Below, piece by piece: positions 39,201 through 52,805 of a DNA stretch of 64,000 nucleotides. The notes below the pieces were generated by a model. The model did no database searches. It had not been told where the DNA came from and saw only the letters and a program-made list of their open reading frames with translations. The DNA is from Eledone cirrhosa (taxonomy: Eukaryota). Made by a program: the position numbers and the translations under genes. The stretch is taken from assembly GCA_964016885.1 (NCBI GenBank), contig OZ024754.1:12648001-12712000 (forward strand), in the 5' to 3' direction. How positions within the stretch are numbered: position 1 is the first letter of the stretch; each line of letters starts with the position of its first letter.

Positions 39201-40398
39201 ACAAGACCACCATCATTGGACTCGCCAAATACCTTGAAACAACTAACGACTGTATGCTGAAACTTGTTGAAAAGCATGAGAGAAGTAAGAAGCTTCATTC
39301 TATCTTGAAGGAGAGCAAAAAATATGCTACTGATCTCATTCTTGATACCCAGGCTGGACAGACTAAAGAAACTGTTGCAACTGATGCTGCTAGGCACATA
39401 AAATCACTGGAAAAAGCAAAAGGGCAAGGACAATTAGCATCAAATTGGGAGCAGAAACCTCTGCATGGCAAATATGTGGCCCGTAGCATCAGTGGCTACG
39501 TAGTTCAGGGCTAAAGGCGGAGAGTGAAGGCTTCATCTTAGCTGCCCAAGATCAAAGCTTATTGACTCGTAATTACCAGGCCAATGTAATGAGAAACGGA
39601 ATAAACCCAAAGTGCCGATTCTGCAATGCTGAGGTTGAAACAGTGGATCACTTAGTCTCTGGATGTAAAGTTTTAGCACCAGTAGAATACAAATATAGAC
39701 ATGACAGAGTTGGCCAATATCTACACTGAGTAATATGTCGGCATTACAAAATCAAAGCTGAAGACAAGTGGTACAATCATCACCCTGAAGCTGTAACTGA
39801 AGGAGAAAAAGTAACAATTCTCTGGGACTTTCCTGTACATTCTGACAGGACCATAAAAGCAAATAGACCTGACATCATTATAAAAAGATCAACATAACCA
39901 GGTCTGTTTGTTGATAGATATGAGCATCCCATGTGATCACAATATCGCAGCAAAAGAATTCGACAAGCTACGAAAATATAAAGATCTGCTTATTGAAATT
40001 GAGAAAATGTGGCACCTCAGGCCGTTACAATACCAGTAATTGTGGGAGGACTGGGAATGATCAAGAAAGGAACAGAACAATATTTGCGAATGATTCCTGG
40101 TCTACCCTCTCTGCACGAGGTGCAAACAATTGTTTTGACTGGTACTGCACTCGTATTGAGAAGAGCACTACCTCTGTAAGATTGATATCCCTCCTTGTAT
40201 TTACATATGTATATGCACATGTGTATATATGTATACTGTTTTTTTTTCTTATTTTTTAAAAATTATAATCAATGTGCTGTATTAACTGGCTTACCAATGC
40301 ACACTGTGAATTTATTTGCCCTAGGTGTCAGGAAGACACTCGGCATATATCTCAGAAACAATAATGAAAGAAAATAAAAATAATAATAATAATAATAA
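36263..40398 (+). mobile_element. Near-full-length, disabled R4/Dong-clade non-LTR retrotransposon (RT plus restriction-like endonuclease)
   Basis: RMKWTREE N-terminus; NYRPITTCL, WIDYKKAFD, GIFQGDSLSPLLF, HLFYMDDLKLY; CRFC..ETVDHLVSGC knuckle; RHD; LWDF..NRPDII; several stops and frameshifts; (TAA)n tail; 5' boundary approximate. Confidence 0.92.
37141..37313 (-). mobile_element. SINE group B inserted into the R4 ORF, TSD caaataat
   Basis: TSD 37133-37140 and 37314-37321; removing it restores the frame NRKQIMIGNSVTKE. Confidence 0.92.
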
Positions 40399-40765
40399 TG
40401 CTTTCTTTATTAACCACAAGGGTTGACATTATAACATTAAGGACGGTACAAATGGGTATTTCTGTGTGTAAAGAAAAAAAAAAACAATGACAGAAGAAGT
40501 AATAAAAAAAAATGAAACAAAAGAAAAATCCCAATAAGGGGGAGACTTCCGAGGGTTACTCGTCGAGAGAGCACACAAAAAGCCTCTGTGACCTTGACCA
40601 CCAGGGCAAGTGCCCTCTCCCAGTTTTTCACCTCCAATCTACAGGCACATACTCTGAGCAGGCCCATTCACTCAGGCCATGTTCACCTCCCTCACCCATC
40701 TTTCAACAAATTGCTGGGAAGGGAGCACATTCCACCCTGATTTTCCTTTTCAAATGAAATTTGAA
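40399..40765 (-). mobile_element. 3' end of an (ATT)n-tailed retroelement, clade uncertain (possibly Tx1/L1); short relative at 35197-35290
   Basis: Minus ends cttgtgg(tt/cc)aataaagaaa(g/t)cattattatt; no diagnostic protein motif seen. Confidence 0.5.
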
Positions 40766-40785
40766 TTATAATAATAATAATAATA

Positions 40786-41170
40786 ATGGTGGTTTTGGAC
40801 AAGGAAAAAAGATTGTGCCTGATTGTAGATGTAGCCTGCTCATTTGACACGAGAGTGCAAGAAAAGGAGAGGAAGAAAATTAACCGATATCAGGATTTAA
40901 AGTGGGAGTTTAAAAGGATTTGGAACTGCCATGAAATCAAGGTCGTCCCGATTGTCATAGGAGCACTAGGTACTATCTCAAAGAGTTTCCAAGGATGGTT
41001 AAAGAAGATTAGTCCAGCCCCCCTTTTTGGAACAGCAAGAACCCTCCGATACGTCCTGAATATCTGAGGCTGCAGGTAGCGGCTTGATATTCATTTCAAC
41101 AAACTTTCCAGTTAAATAACATCAATGACTGAGACTCAAAGAACAATAATAATAATAATAATAATAATAA
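40786..41170 (+). mobile_element. R4-like 3' end, family 2 (second copy 57812-58135)
   Basis: IVDVACSFD...KINRYQDLKWE...VVPIVIGALGT; (TAA)n tail. Confidence 0.85.
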
Positions 41171-41396
41171 TTGTTTCTACTTTTAGCACAAGGCCAGTAA
41201 TATTGGGGGAGGGGAAAGTCGATTAAATCGACCCAGTGTGTGAGTGGTACTTTATTTTATCGACCCCGTAAGGGTGAAAGGCAAAGTTAACCTCAGCGGG
41301 ATTTGAACTCAGACTATAAAGGGCCGTAACTCTTTGCTGCAAAGCATGGTGTCAGACCCTCTACCGATACTGCCAATCCACATAATAATAATAATA

Positions 41397-41600
41397 ATAC
41401 AAATGCATAGCCAAAACCCAGGACTTACAAATATATACAGTATACAAAAGATAGCACTACTAGGTACTGCACACATATTATGAAAAGTAATATTAATACA
41501 ATAGAAACATCAGCAAAATCTACACTGCACATACCCAAGGCACATGGAGAGCTGTGCTTGGTAAAGCAGTAATGATGCTCAATAAAAATAATAATAGAAA
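41397..41600 (+). mobile_element. R4-like 3' end, family 3, between two SINE B copies (41170-41385, 41632-41820)
   Basis: IQKIALLGTAHIL motif then UTR and (TAA)n. Confidence 0.7.
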
Positions 41601-41944
41601 TAACAACAATAATAATGATAATAATGGCAATAATTGTTTCTAATTTAGGCACAAAGCCAGCAATTACCCAGTTCATTACTGGTACTTTATTTTATCGACC
41701 CCGTAAGGATGAAAGGCAAAGTCAACCTCGGCGGGATTTGAACTCAGATCGTAAAGGGACGTAACTATGCTGGAAAGCATGGCGTCCGACCCTCTACCGA
41801 TACTGCCAATCCACTGCCCTTAATAGCAATAATAATGTTCCATTTTGTGGACAGCCAGCTGTTCATTTCAGCGGAAGAATTTTTTGATATTCACCATGTC
41901 TACTTTTTAAAAATGAAGGCTGTGTGTGAGGAAAGAAACAAAAA

Positions 41945-42000
41945 TTTTGCCCTGAAGAGCTCCAGATAGGAGGAAACCAACCTAAGAAGATGGTCAGTTC
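41945..42000 (+). ncRNA. Hammerhead-like motif with weak stem I
   Basis: CTGAAGA gctcc agata ggag GAAA cca acctaagaaga tgg TC; AATAAA at 42011. Confidence 0.55.
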
Positions 42001-42052
42001 AGCCAGAAACAATAAATGAAATTACTCTGCCAATGTGTACTTCTTGAGAGAG

Positions 42053-42090
<38 letters not shown>

Positions 42091-42091
42091 A

Positions 42092-42465
42092 ATATTGTTA
42101 GAAAATGACGAATTTAAGCTTTTGTAGGACTTCACCATTGAATGTGATAGAATAACTGAGGTAAAAAGGGCAGACATTTTAGTTATGAACAAGCAGTAGA
42201 AATCGATATATTTCTCCCAGGAGATAGTAGAATGAAGTTTAAAGAGATGGAGAAGTGTGAAGCAGAGGAGGAGGAGGCTGAAAAGTTGTGGAATGAAGAG
42301 GTTTTAGTAATTCCAGAGGGGATCAGAGTATTCAAATGGAAATTAGACAGTTTTGAGGACTATGGAAATAGAATTGGGATTGATGCAAGGTTACACAGGT
42401 CATGCAAAAGACAGCACTTCTTGGTACAGCGAGGATTGTAAGGAAAGTCTTATTTATGTAAGACT
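42092..42465 (+). mobile_element. Degenerate R4-like endonuclease/3' end, family 4
   Basis: LENDEFKLL*DFTIECDR...RADILV; MQKTALLGTARIVRKVL. Confidence 0.7.
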
Positions 42466-42473
42466 CAGTAGAG

Positions 42474-43144
42474 CAGGCATGTCAAACTGAGGGCTCCCCG
42501 AGGGCCACATGGGTCACATATGTGTTGTCTGAGGGCCACATGGGGCACATAAGTGTTGTCTGAGGGCCACATGAGGGTCACATATGTGTTGTCCGAGGAC
42601 CACATGGGTCACATATGTGTTGTCTGAGGGCCATATGGGGGTCACATATGTGTTGTCTGAGGGCCACATGGGTCACATATGTGTTGCCTGAGCGCCACAT
42701 GGGTCACATATATGTTGTCCGAGGGCCACATGGGTCACATATGTGTTGCCTGAGGGCCACATGGGTCACATATGTGTTGTCTGAGGGCCACATGGGTCAC
42801 ATATGTGTTGTCTGAGGGCCACATGGGTCACATATGTGTTGTCTGAGGGCCACATGGGTCACATATATGTTGTCTGAGGGCCACATGGGCCACATATGTG
42901 TTGTCTGAGGGCCACATGGGTCACATACATGTTGTCTGAGGGCCACATGGGTCACATATGTGTTGTCTGAGGGCCACATGGGTCACATATATGTTGTCTG
43001 AGGGCCACACATGACAACTAATTGCACACATTACAACAAATTAAAAAAAATGTTATATTACAAAGATAAAACATGCTCGCACTGTAAAAACCATTGCGCG
43101 GGCCGCAGGTGTGCTTGTAAAGGGCCGCAAGTTTGACATGCCTG
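42474..43144. mobile_element. hAT (Charlie-like) MITE with an internal 31-bp tandem array (42500-43009, about 16 units)
   Basis: 15-bp TIR caggcatgtcaaact/agtttgacatgcctg; 8-bp TSD cagTAgag/cagTAgtg. Confidence 0.88.
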
Positions 43145-43254
43145 CAGTAGTGGATACAATGGGGGACCTTTGTCAACTTGTTGACCGCTCCCTAACTGAA
43201 ATATACAGATCATTTACCATCTAAGTGTCTCAAGTTTACAGAAGTAAACCATAA

Positions 43255-44623
43255 TAACTGTTTCTACTTTTGGCACAAGGCCAGCAATTATCCCAGTGTA
43301 TTACTGGTACTTTATTTTATCAACTCCGTAAGGATGAAAGGCAAAGTTAACCTCAGCGTGATATGAACTCAGACTGTAAAAGGGCATAACTCTATGCTAC
43401 AAAGCATGGCGCCCGGCCCTCTACCGATGCTGCCAATCCACCTAATGATTTCTATGATAGGCACAAGGCCAACATAAATACTGGTACTTTATTTTATCAG
43501 CCTAAGTGCATTACTGGTACTTTATCTTATTGACCCCAGAAGGACAAAAGGCAAGGCTAGCCTTAGTGTGATTTGAATTCAGAATAATATAAACTATTAT
43601 GCTCGACTTTCTAACTAATCTGCCATTCCACTGCCCTAGTAATTTCTAATTTAAACACAATGCCAGCTATCTATAGGAAGGAAAATGCCAATTAATTGAT
43701 CCCAGTGCATAACTGGTACTTTATTTTGTCAACACTGGAAGGATAAAAGCAATGTTGGCCATGGCAGAATTTGAACCTAGGATGTAAATAGCCACAACAT
43801 ACCTCAAAATATTTTGTCAAAAGCTTGAATGATTCTGTCAATCCACTACTATAATAATTGTTTTCTACTTTTTAGCACAAGGCCAGCTATTACTCCAGTG
43901 TATTACTGGTACTTTATTTTATCGACCCCGTAAGGATGAAAGGCAAAGTTAACCTCGGCGGGATTTGAACTCAGAATGGCAAGGGGCGTAACTATGCGTC
44001 AAAGCATGGCGTCCGACACTCTACCGATTGTTTCTAATTTAGGCACAAGGTCAACAATTTGTGGGGAGGGGAAAAATTTATCACAATGACACCAATATGT
44101 GACTGGTACTATATTATTTCAAAGCTCACCTCAGCAGGATATGAACTCTGAACTAAATACTACAAAGTATTTTGACCTGCTCACAACTGATACTGCCAAT
44201 TGCTCTACTGACCTTAATAATGATAATAATAGTTTCCATATTTAGGCACAAGGCCAGTAATTTGAAGGGGAGGGGGGGGAGTCAATTATATCAACCCCAG
44301 TGTGTTACTGGTACTTTATTTTATCGACCCCTTAGGGATGAAAGGCAAAGCTAACCTCGGCAGGATTTGAAATCACAACGTAAAGGGCCGTAACTCTATG
44401 CCACATGTCCGATTTTCTACCGATTCCTGCCAAGATAATAATTGTTTCTACATTTGGCACAAGGCCAGCAATTATCCCAGCGCATTACTGGTACTTTATT
44501 TTATCGACCCTGTAAGGATGAAAGGCAAAGTTAACCTCGGCGGGATTTGAACTCAGAATGGCAAGGGCCGTAACTCTATGCATCAAAGCATGGCTTCCGA
44601 CCCTCTACCGATACTGCCAATCC
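43255..44623 (-). mobile_element. Co-oriented stack of about 7 SINE group B copies of different ages
   Basis: Repeated consensus. Confidence 0.85.
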
Positions 44624-45129
44624 ACCATGGTTTCTAATCTAGGTACAAGACCAACAATTTCTATGGAAGGGGAATGTTGATGAAATTACTCCAGTACCAT
44701 GGTTTCTAATCTAGGTACAAGACCAACAATTTCTATGGAAGGGGAATGTTGATGAAATTACTCCAGTACCATGGTTTCTAATCTAGGTACAAGACCAACA
44801 ATTTCTATGGAAGGGGAATGTTGATGAAATTACTCCAGTACCATGGTTTCTCATCTAGGTACAAGACCAACAATTTCTATGGAAGAGGAATGTTGATGAA
44901 ATTACTCCAGTACCATGGTTTCTAATCTAGGTACAAGACCAACAATTTCTATGGAAGGGGAATGTTGATGAAATCACTCCAGTACCATGGTTTCTAATCT
45001 AGGTACAAGACCAACAATTTCTATGGAAGGGGAATGTTGATGAAATTACTCCAGTACCATGGTTTCTAATCTAGGTACAAGACCAACAATTTCTATGGAA
45101 GGGGAATGTTGATGAAATTACTCCAGTAC
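44624..45129. repeat. 72-bp tandem repeat (7 units) derived from a SINE B tail
   Basis: Unit accatggtttctaatctaggtacaagaccaacaatt...ccagt; the array runs on into the degenerate SINE body at 45130-45270. Confidence 0.9.
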
Positions 45130-45269
45130 TTGAATGGTACTTTAATTTCCTGCTCCAGATAAATGAAAAGCAAAGATGGTCATGACTTGATTAGAACATA
45201 GAATGAAAGGTAAGATAAATAAATTACCTGGAGGTGTTTTGTCTAATACTTTAATGATTTTGCGAATCC

Positions 45270-45866
45270 ACCAACACTACCAACACCACACCACACCAAC
45301 ACCACACCACAACAACACCAACACCAGCACTACCAACACCAATACCACCAACACCAACACTACCAACACCAATACCACCAACATCAACACTACCAACACC
45401 ACACCAACACCACCACCAACACCAACACCAACACCAGCACCACCAACACCAGCACCACCAATACCAACACTACAAACACTGCCACCAACACCAACACCAG
45501 CACCACCAGCACCACCAATACCACCAACACCAACAACACCACACAACACCACCACCAACACCAGCACCACCAATACCACCAACACCAACACCAACACCAG
45601 CACCACCAGCACCACCAATACCACCAACACCAACAACACCACACAACACCAACACCAACACCAGCACCACCAATACCACCAACATCAATAACAACAACAA
45701 CAACAATGGCAATGATGATCACCACTACTACCACCACCACCACCACCACTACTACTAACACCACCACTACTACTACTACTATTACTACTACTACTACTAC
45801 TACTACCACCACTACTACTACCACTACTAGTACAACTACAACTACTACTACTACTACTCCACCTCA

Positions 45867-45911
<45 letters not shown>

Positions 45912-46405
45912 AACTACTACTACTACTACTACTCTACCTCATACTACTACTAAACTACTACTACTACAACTACTACTACAACTACTACTACTACAACTAC
46001 TACTACTACTACTACTACCACTACTACTACAATGCAATGTAAAGACTTCTCAGGTGGGACTGAAGGTGAAATAAAGCCACATTCAACAGCTGACTCAGCA
46101 TTCCACAATGACTCCATTCACTCGTCTTTCGTCTGCTTTTATTCCATGTTTTTTGTGTGTGTGTATGTATATGTATGTGTGTGTGTGTGTATTGTGTGTG
46201 TATGTATATGTATGTGTGTGTGTGTGTGTGTATTGTGTGTGTATGTATGTGTGTGTATTGTGTGTGTATTGTGTGTGTATGTGTGTGTATGTATGTGTGT
46301 GTGTGTGTGAATTGTGTGTGTATTTATGCGTGTATTGTGTGTGTGTGTGTATGTATGTGTGTGTATTTATGCGTGTATTGTGTGCGTATGTGTGTGTGGT
46401 GTGTG

Positions 46406-46437
<32 letters not shown>

Positions 46438-46859
46438 TGTGCGCGTGTGTGCATGTGTGTGTATAGGTGTGTAAACGGGTGTGTGTGTGTGTGTATGTAT
46501 GTATGCGTGTGTATGTGCATCTATTGTGTGTGTATGTATGCATGTGTATGTGTGTGTATGTATGTATGTATGTGTATGTGTGTATTCTGTGTGTATGTAT
46601 TCTGTGTGTATGTATGTATGTATGTGTATGTGTGTGTATGTATGTATGCATGTGTGTGTATTCTGTGTGTATGTATGTGTGTGTATGTGTGTGTATGTAT
46701 GTATGTAAGTATGCATGTGTATGTGTGTGTATTCTGTGTGTATGTGTATGTATGTGTATGTATGTATGTATGCATGTGTATGTGTGTATTCTGTGTGTAT
46801 GTATGTGTATGTATGTATGTATATATGTGTATGTATCTATGCATGTGTATGTGTGTGTA

Positions 46860-46890
<31 letters not shown>

Positions 46891-47040
46891 GTGAGTGTGT
46901 GTGTATGTGGGTGTGTGTGTGTGTATGTGTGTGTATGTGAGAGCTTTGCAGTGGAACTGAGTATAAGAATATCTGAATGGAAGTTCAATACAGAACAATT
47001 GGTTTTGTAAAAGTGTTTTCCAAAAAAAAATATTAAAACC

Positions 47041-47078
<38 letters not shown>

Positions 47079-49593
47079 TAACAAGAATGGGATTTAGTGA
47101 AATGATCCTGGTGGCTATTGAATAATTGACAATTAAACCCATACAGAAATACCCTCACACACACACATCTATGTAACACATTTGCTGTACATATGTACAC
47201 ACATACATACATCACAAACACATATATATATACATGCAAACACATATATACATACATGCAAACATATATATATATGCAAACACATATATATATATGCAAA
47301 CACGTATATATATACAGGCAAACCCATATACAGACAGGCAAGCACATATATATACATGCAACACATATATATATACATGCAAACACATATATACATACAT
47401 GCAAGCACATATACATACATGCAGACACATATACATACATGCAACACATATATATATATACATGCAACACATATATATATATACATGCAAACACATATAT
47501 ACATACATGCAAACACATATACATACATGCAACACATATATATATACATTCAACACATATATATACATGTAAACACATATATACATACATGCAACACATA
47601 TATATACATGTAAACACATATATATATACATGTAAACACATATATACATACATGCAACACATATACATACATGCAAACACATATATACATACATATAAAC
47701 ATGTAAAATATACATCCACACATATACACACACGTGTAAAATATACACACACACACATATGTAAAATATACATACACACACATGTAAAATATACATACAT
47801 ACACACACACATGTAAAATATACATACACAGACACATGTAAAATATACATACACACACATGTAAAATATACATACAAACACACTTGTAAAATATACATAC
47901 ACACACACATGTAAAATATACATACACACACATGTAAAATATACATACACACACATGTAAAATATACATACACACACACATGTAAAATATACATACACAC
48001 ACATGTAAAATATACATACACACACATGTAAAATATACATACACACATGTAAAATATACATACACATACACACACACATGTAAAATATACATACACACAC
48101 ATGAAAAATATACATACACACACACATGTAAAATATACATACACACACACATGTAAAATATACATACACACACACATGTAAACTATACATACACACACAT
48201 GTAAAATATACATACACACACACATGTAAAATATACATACACACACACATGTAAAATATACATACACACACGTGTAAAATATACATACACACATGTAAAA
48301 TATACATACACACATGCTCCGTTGGATGTGTAATAGTAATATACGCGAACGGCAAAGCATAAATGAACTAAGGGAGAAATTAGGAATAAGAGGGATCAGA
48401 TGTTGTTTACTCGAGAGAAGACTACGTTGGTATGGTCATGTGATGCACCTGAAAGACGACAGCTGTATAAAAAAGTGCAGGGCGATCAAGATAGACGGTA
48501 GCCACGGAGTAGGCAGACCCAGAAAAACCTGGGACGACTTGATAAACTCCGACCTCACACACTTACACCTCTCCAAGACAATGTCACTGGACCGAGATCT
48601 TTGGCGCTACACAGTAATACAGAAGACCCACCTTGCCTAAGTACAAAGCGAAACCTACTACAGTCAGTAGGCACCTCTTACCAAAATACACCCCCGTCCC
48701 ACTACCCCCACCCCATCCACACCACCCCTTTCAATGTAAAGTTATGTTGGTACCACAACATCCAGCCCAAAACAAATGAGGTCGTGTAGGTGTCATGACA
48801 AAAAAAATCACACAGTCCACGCTGTAATGTGGCCGTGTAGGTAACACGGTAAAAACCTCCCAGTCCCACACTGTAAACGTGGTTGGTGTTAGGAAGGGCA
48901 TCCAGCCGTAGAAAACCCGCCAGACAGTCCTATACGAGCAGGACAACCACTCTTGCCTCAAGTGGGAAAACCCCCGTCCAAACCCATGCTAGCGTGGAAG
49001 ATGGACATTAAACGATGATGATGATGACACACCCATGTAAAATATACATACACACACATGTAAAATATACATCGACACGTGTAAAATATACATACACACA
49101 CATGTAAAATATATATACACACACATGTAAAATATACATACACACACACACATGTAAAGTATACACACACACACATGTAAAATATACACACACATGTAAA
49201 ATATACATACACACACACGTGTAAAATATACATACACACACATGTAAAATATACATACACACACACACACACATGTAAAATATACATACACACACATGTA
49301 AAATATACATACACACATGTAAAATATACATACACACACACGTGTAAAATATACATACACACACATGTAAAATATACATACACACATACACACACATGTA
49401 AAATATACATACACACATGTAAAATATACACACACACATGTAAAATATACACACACACACGTAAAATATACATACACACACACATGTAAAATATACATAC
49501 ACACATGTAAAATATACATACACACACACACACATGTAAAATATACATACACACATATACACACACATGTAAAATATACATACACACACATGT
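45270..49593. repeat. Low-complexity arrays: (ACC/AAC)n, (ACT)n, TG-rich, and a CATGTAAAATATACATA(CA)n minisatellite interrupted by an RTE fragment
   Basis: Seen directly. Confidence 0.9.
48314..49026 (+). mobile_element. RTE LINE 3' fragment
   Basis: MLRWMC...LREKLGI...RRLRWYGHV...GRPRKTW; (ATG)n tail. Confidence 0.92.
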
Positions 49594-50121
49594 AGTAAAA
49601 GAGATCTGTGTGTCATCTGTTTCCATGATATATAATTATAATTTAGTTGTTTCAGCTACAGAACTATCTGATCATTAAATTAGAGGAAATGGTTGAATAT
49701 TCCACAGAATCATGTGACCTTAACACAATCCTAAGGCAAAGTGTATCAAGACTGGTCCTTTCAATCGTAATTACAGTCCATGTGACAGCAGAGCCAGGTT
49801 TTCTCCTGCTGAGGTCCTAAATTATATGACATTTGAGGCACTTCTCTAAAAGAATATAATTATTATTTTTATGTTAATTTTATTATGATAAAGATTAAAT
49901 AATATATATATCCATGCAAGGCACGTGTAGAAAATAGGATGTGATAATGAATATATATGTTTATATATGTTTATATATATATATATATGTGTGTGTGTGT
50001 ATATATGTGTATGTGTGTGTATGTATATATATGTATGTGTGTGTGTATATATATATATATATTAGAAAGTGAATTGTTTTTACAAAATGGAAAAAAACGA
50101 GATGTCCTACACAAGTGAAAT

Positions 50122-50407
50122 TATAAGGAAAAAAGAGGAAATCGATAATGCAACTGGAGTCTTTTTTTAAAAATATATATTTATTTGGTTCCTTTACAGG
50201 TTTCGCAGTTCTTGTGCTTTTCAAAAGTAGAATTGAGATGGAGGGTCTGTGGTTTTTCTCACATCTGAGATTTGAGAAAAACCACAGACCTTCCATCTCA
50301 ATTCTACTTTTAAAAAGCACAAGAACTGCGAAACCGGTAAAGGAACCAAATAAATATATTTAAAAAAAAAAGACTCCAGTTGCATTTTTGATTTCATCTT
50401 TTTTCCT

Positions 50408-50411
<4 letters not shown>
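50122..50411. ncRNA. 290-bp palindrome with two opposed U3:A8-type hammerhead motifs (-50189-50232, +50302-50345)
   Basis: Minus ctt TTGAAAA gca caagaac tgc GAAA cctg TA aag; plus ctt TTAAAAA gca..tgc GAAA ccgg TA aag; AATAAA follows; each arm has one lesion. Confidence 0.72.
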
Positions 50412-50476
<65 letters not shown>

Positions 50477-50809
50477 CATACATATAACATTTTTGCTGAT
50501 TTAATGTTAATTAAAAAAAAAAAAACTAATGTAATAAAATAAAAATATATTTTAAAAAGAGAGGCCCTCAATGGCATGTGACTCTAAGCTATAGCTTATT
50601 TAGCTTTTAGGTAAGACCAGCACAGTGTGACAGGCTTCCATACCGTTTCTGTCTACCTTATTTCATTCAGAAGACTTAAATCAACTCATGGCTATGGTAA
50701 AAGACACTTTTTTAAATAACATGAAGTGGGATTGAACCTGAAAACTCATGATTGCTAAGCAAACATTCTATGCTGTTAGCTGTCTATACATAAACACACC
50801 TGTATGTGT

Positions 50810-51110
50810 TAGGCCACCATTGCTTCCATCAACAAATGTCCCAGAACAACCAGATTGTGAAATTAATATGCAAGTGACTGAGCATTCCACAGAGGTATGC
50901 ACTGTAGTTCTCAGAGAGATTCAGCATGACACAGGGTGTGATAAGGCTGGTCCCTCTGAGTTACAGGTACAATTCTTTTTTGCCAGCTGAGTGGACTGGA
51001 GCAATGTAAAATAAAGTGTCTTGCTCAAGGATGCAACACATGATTGAGAATTGAACACATGATCTTACAATCAGGAACCAAACACCCTACCCACTAAGTC
51101 ATATGCCTTC
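50810..51110 (-). mobile_element. tRNA-SINE with group A-like core and another body (also 8245-8455)
   Basis: ggagcaatgtaaaataaagtgtcttgctcaagg core; gcaagtgactgagcattcca body shared by two copies. Confidence 0.7.
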
Positions 51111-51479
51111 ACAATGTACATGCACACAGATACATACGCAAACACACTATACTCACAAATATAAACACATATGTACACATACACATGCTTGTGTATGTGT
51201 GCATGTGTGTGTATGTGTGTGTGTGTGCATGCATGAGTATGTGCATGTGTGCGTTTATGTGTGTATGTAATGGTTGTAGTGATGCTGGTCTCATGGTAGT
51301 AGCTGTGATGGAGATATAGATGTTGATGTTGGGCATTGCCGACTGTTACCAAACTTCTTTGTTCAAATTGCATTAACTTTATTCCATACAAAATGATGAA
51401 TGCATGGTTGCACTTACTGATGCCAAAAACAAAACGGTATGGAAATGCTATTATGAGAGATTATTGAGAGAGGTGAATG

Positions 51480-52250
51480 TATTGACAGAGAAAGAATCTA
51501 CCTGAAGTTGACCCAATGGCGGGCCCAGGCTCTTCAGTTCACAGTAATATGGGGGAAACTATAATTAAGGAAGTGTAGGGCAAAGGATAATCACACATAT
51601 ACAGTTTAATCAGGTGAAGCAAGAAGGTGTTAAATTCATTGACTGGCATAGCAGTATCATTGTCAAATGTTACAAAGGTGAAGCTGATGTACATGGAGGA
51701 AGCAATTACACAGGCATAACATTCTTATATCAGATTATAATTTAGAGAAAGAGTTGTAGCCTAATGGATTATAAACAGTATTATTCTTGATAAGATGCAA
51801 CAGTTTGGCCTTATGCTGGGAGTAAGGAATGTATTACTGATGCCATCTTTGTTGGGAAATAACAACTTCAGGAAAAGTAGTTAGCTAAGGACTATTGATA
51901 AATGGCTTGAGGGGGTTGTGTTGATACAAGGCTTCTGCAGCAATGCAGTCAACAAGTTATATGTTGGTTATGTGTTTAGCAAGAAATTTACCATTTCAGG
52001 CTGGAGTACATCAGGACTCAGTTCTCAGCAACCTGCTTTCTACTGTAGTCCATCAGGTGACAAGAGAGGAGTTTATGACTGGTTGTATATAGGAACTCAT
52101 GTATGTTGATTATTTTGCTCTTATAGTAGATTCAGTAAAATATTTAGAGAAGAAATTTCAGACATTGAAACAAAACTTAGAATCGAAGGGTCCCAATGAA
52201 AATCTTGTAGAAAGTGAAGTTTTAGGAAGAAGGATAAAAGACAGGACCTT
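51480..52250 (+). pseudogene. Heavily decayed RTE reverse-transcriptase fragment
   Basis: Remnants DWHSSIIVKCYKGEAD..SNYTGI, QFG..TDAIF, GVHQDSVLS, ELMYVDYFAL. Confidence 0.75.
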
Positions 52251-52320
52251 AACAGGACCAGACTTTCTCCTGCTGAGGCCCGAAGCTATATGAAATTTGA
52301 GGACCTTCTCTAAAAAGATT

Positions 52321-52805
52321 TCATCATCATCATTTTACGTCCGCTTTTCCCTGCTTGCAAGGGTGGGACGGGTCTTATTCAGCACAGCATCTCTCCACTC
52401 GTCACGGTCCCTCGTCATCTCCACCGTGAGCTTCAATGATCTGAGGTCTGTTCTCACCACCTCCGCCCATGTTTTTCGTGGTCTACCTCTACCACGTCTT
52501 CCTTCAACTGGCATTTCCTGGCACTTCTTCACCCATCGGTCATCCTCCATGCGCATCACATGTCCATACCACCTCAGTCTCCTCTCCCGTACACTACATT
52601 CTATCCCTCTCAGACACAGTTTCTCTCTCAACACATTTATGCTGGGTCGTTCACGCACATTTACACTGCACATCCAACGGAGCATGCTTGCCTCATTTCT
52701 CTCCAGCCGTCGCATATCCTCTGCGGTTGCTGCCCATGTCTCACTACCATGCAGCATCGCGCTCCTCACACAGGCATCATACAACCGGCCTTTCGTACGC
52801 AGAGA
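52321..52805 (-). mobile_element. RTE LINE 3' fragment, second family, with almost no 3' UTR
   Basis: YDACVRSAMLHGSETW...RRLRWYGHV...GRPRKTW...[13 protein letters not shown] then (ATG)n. Confidence 0.92.
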
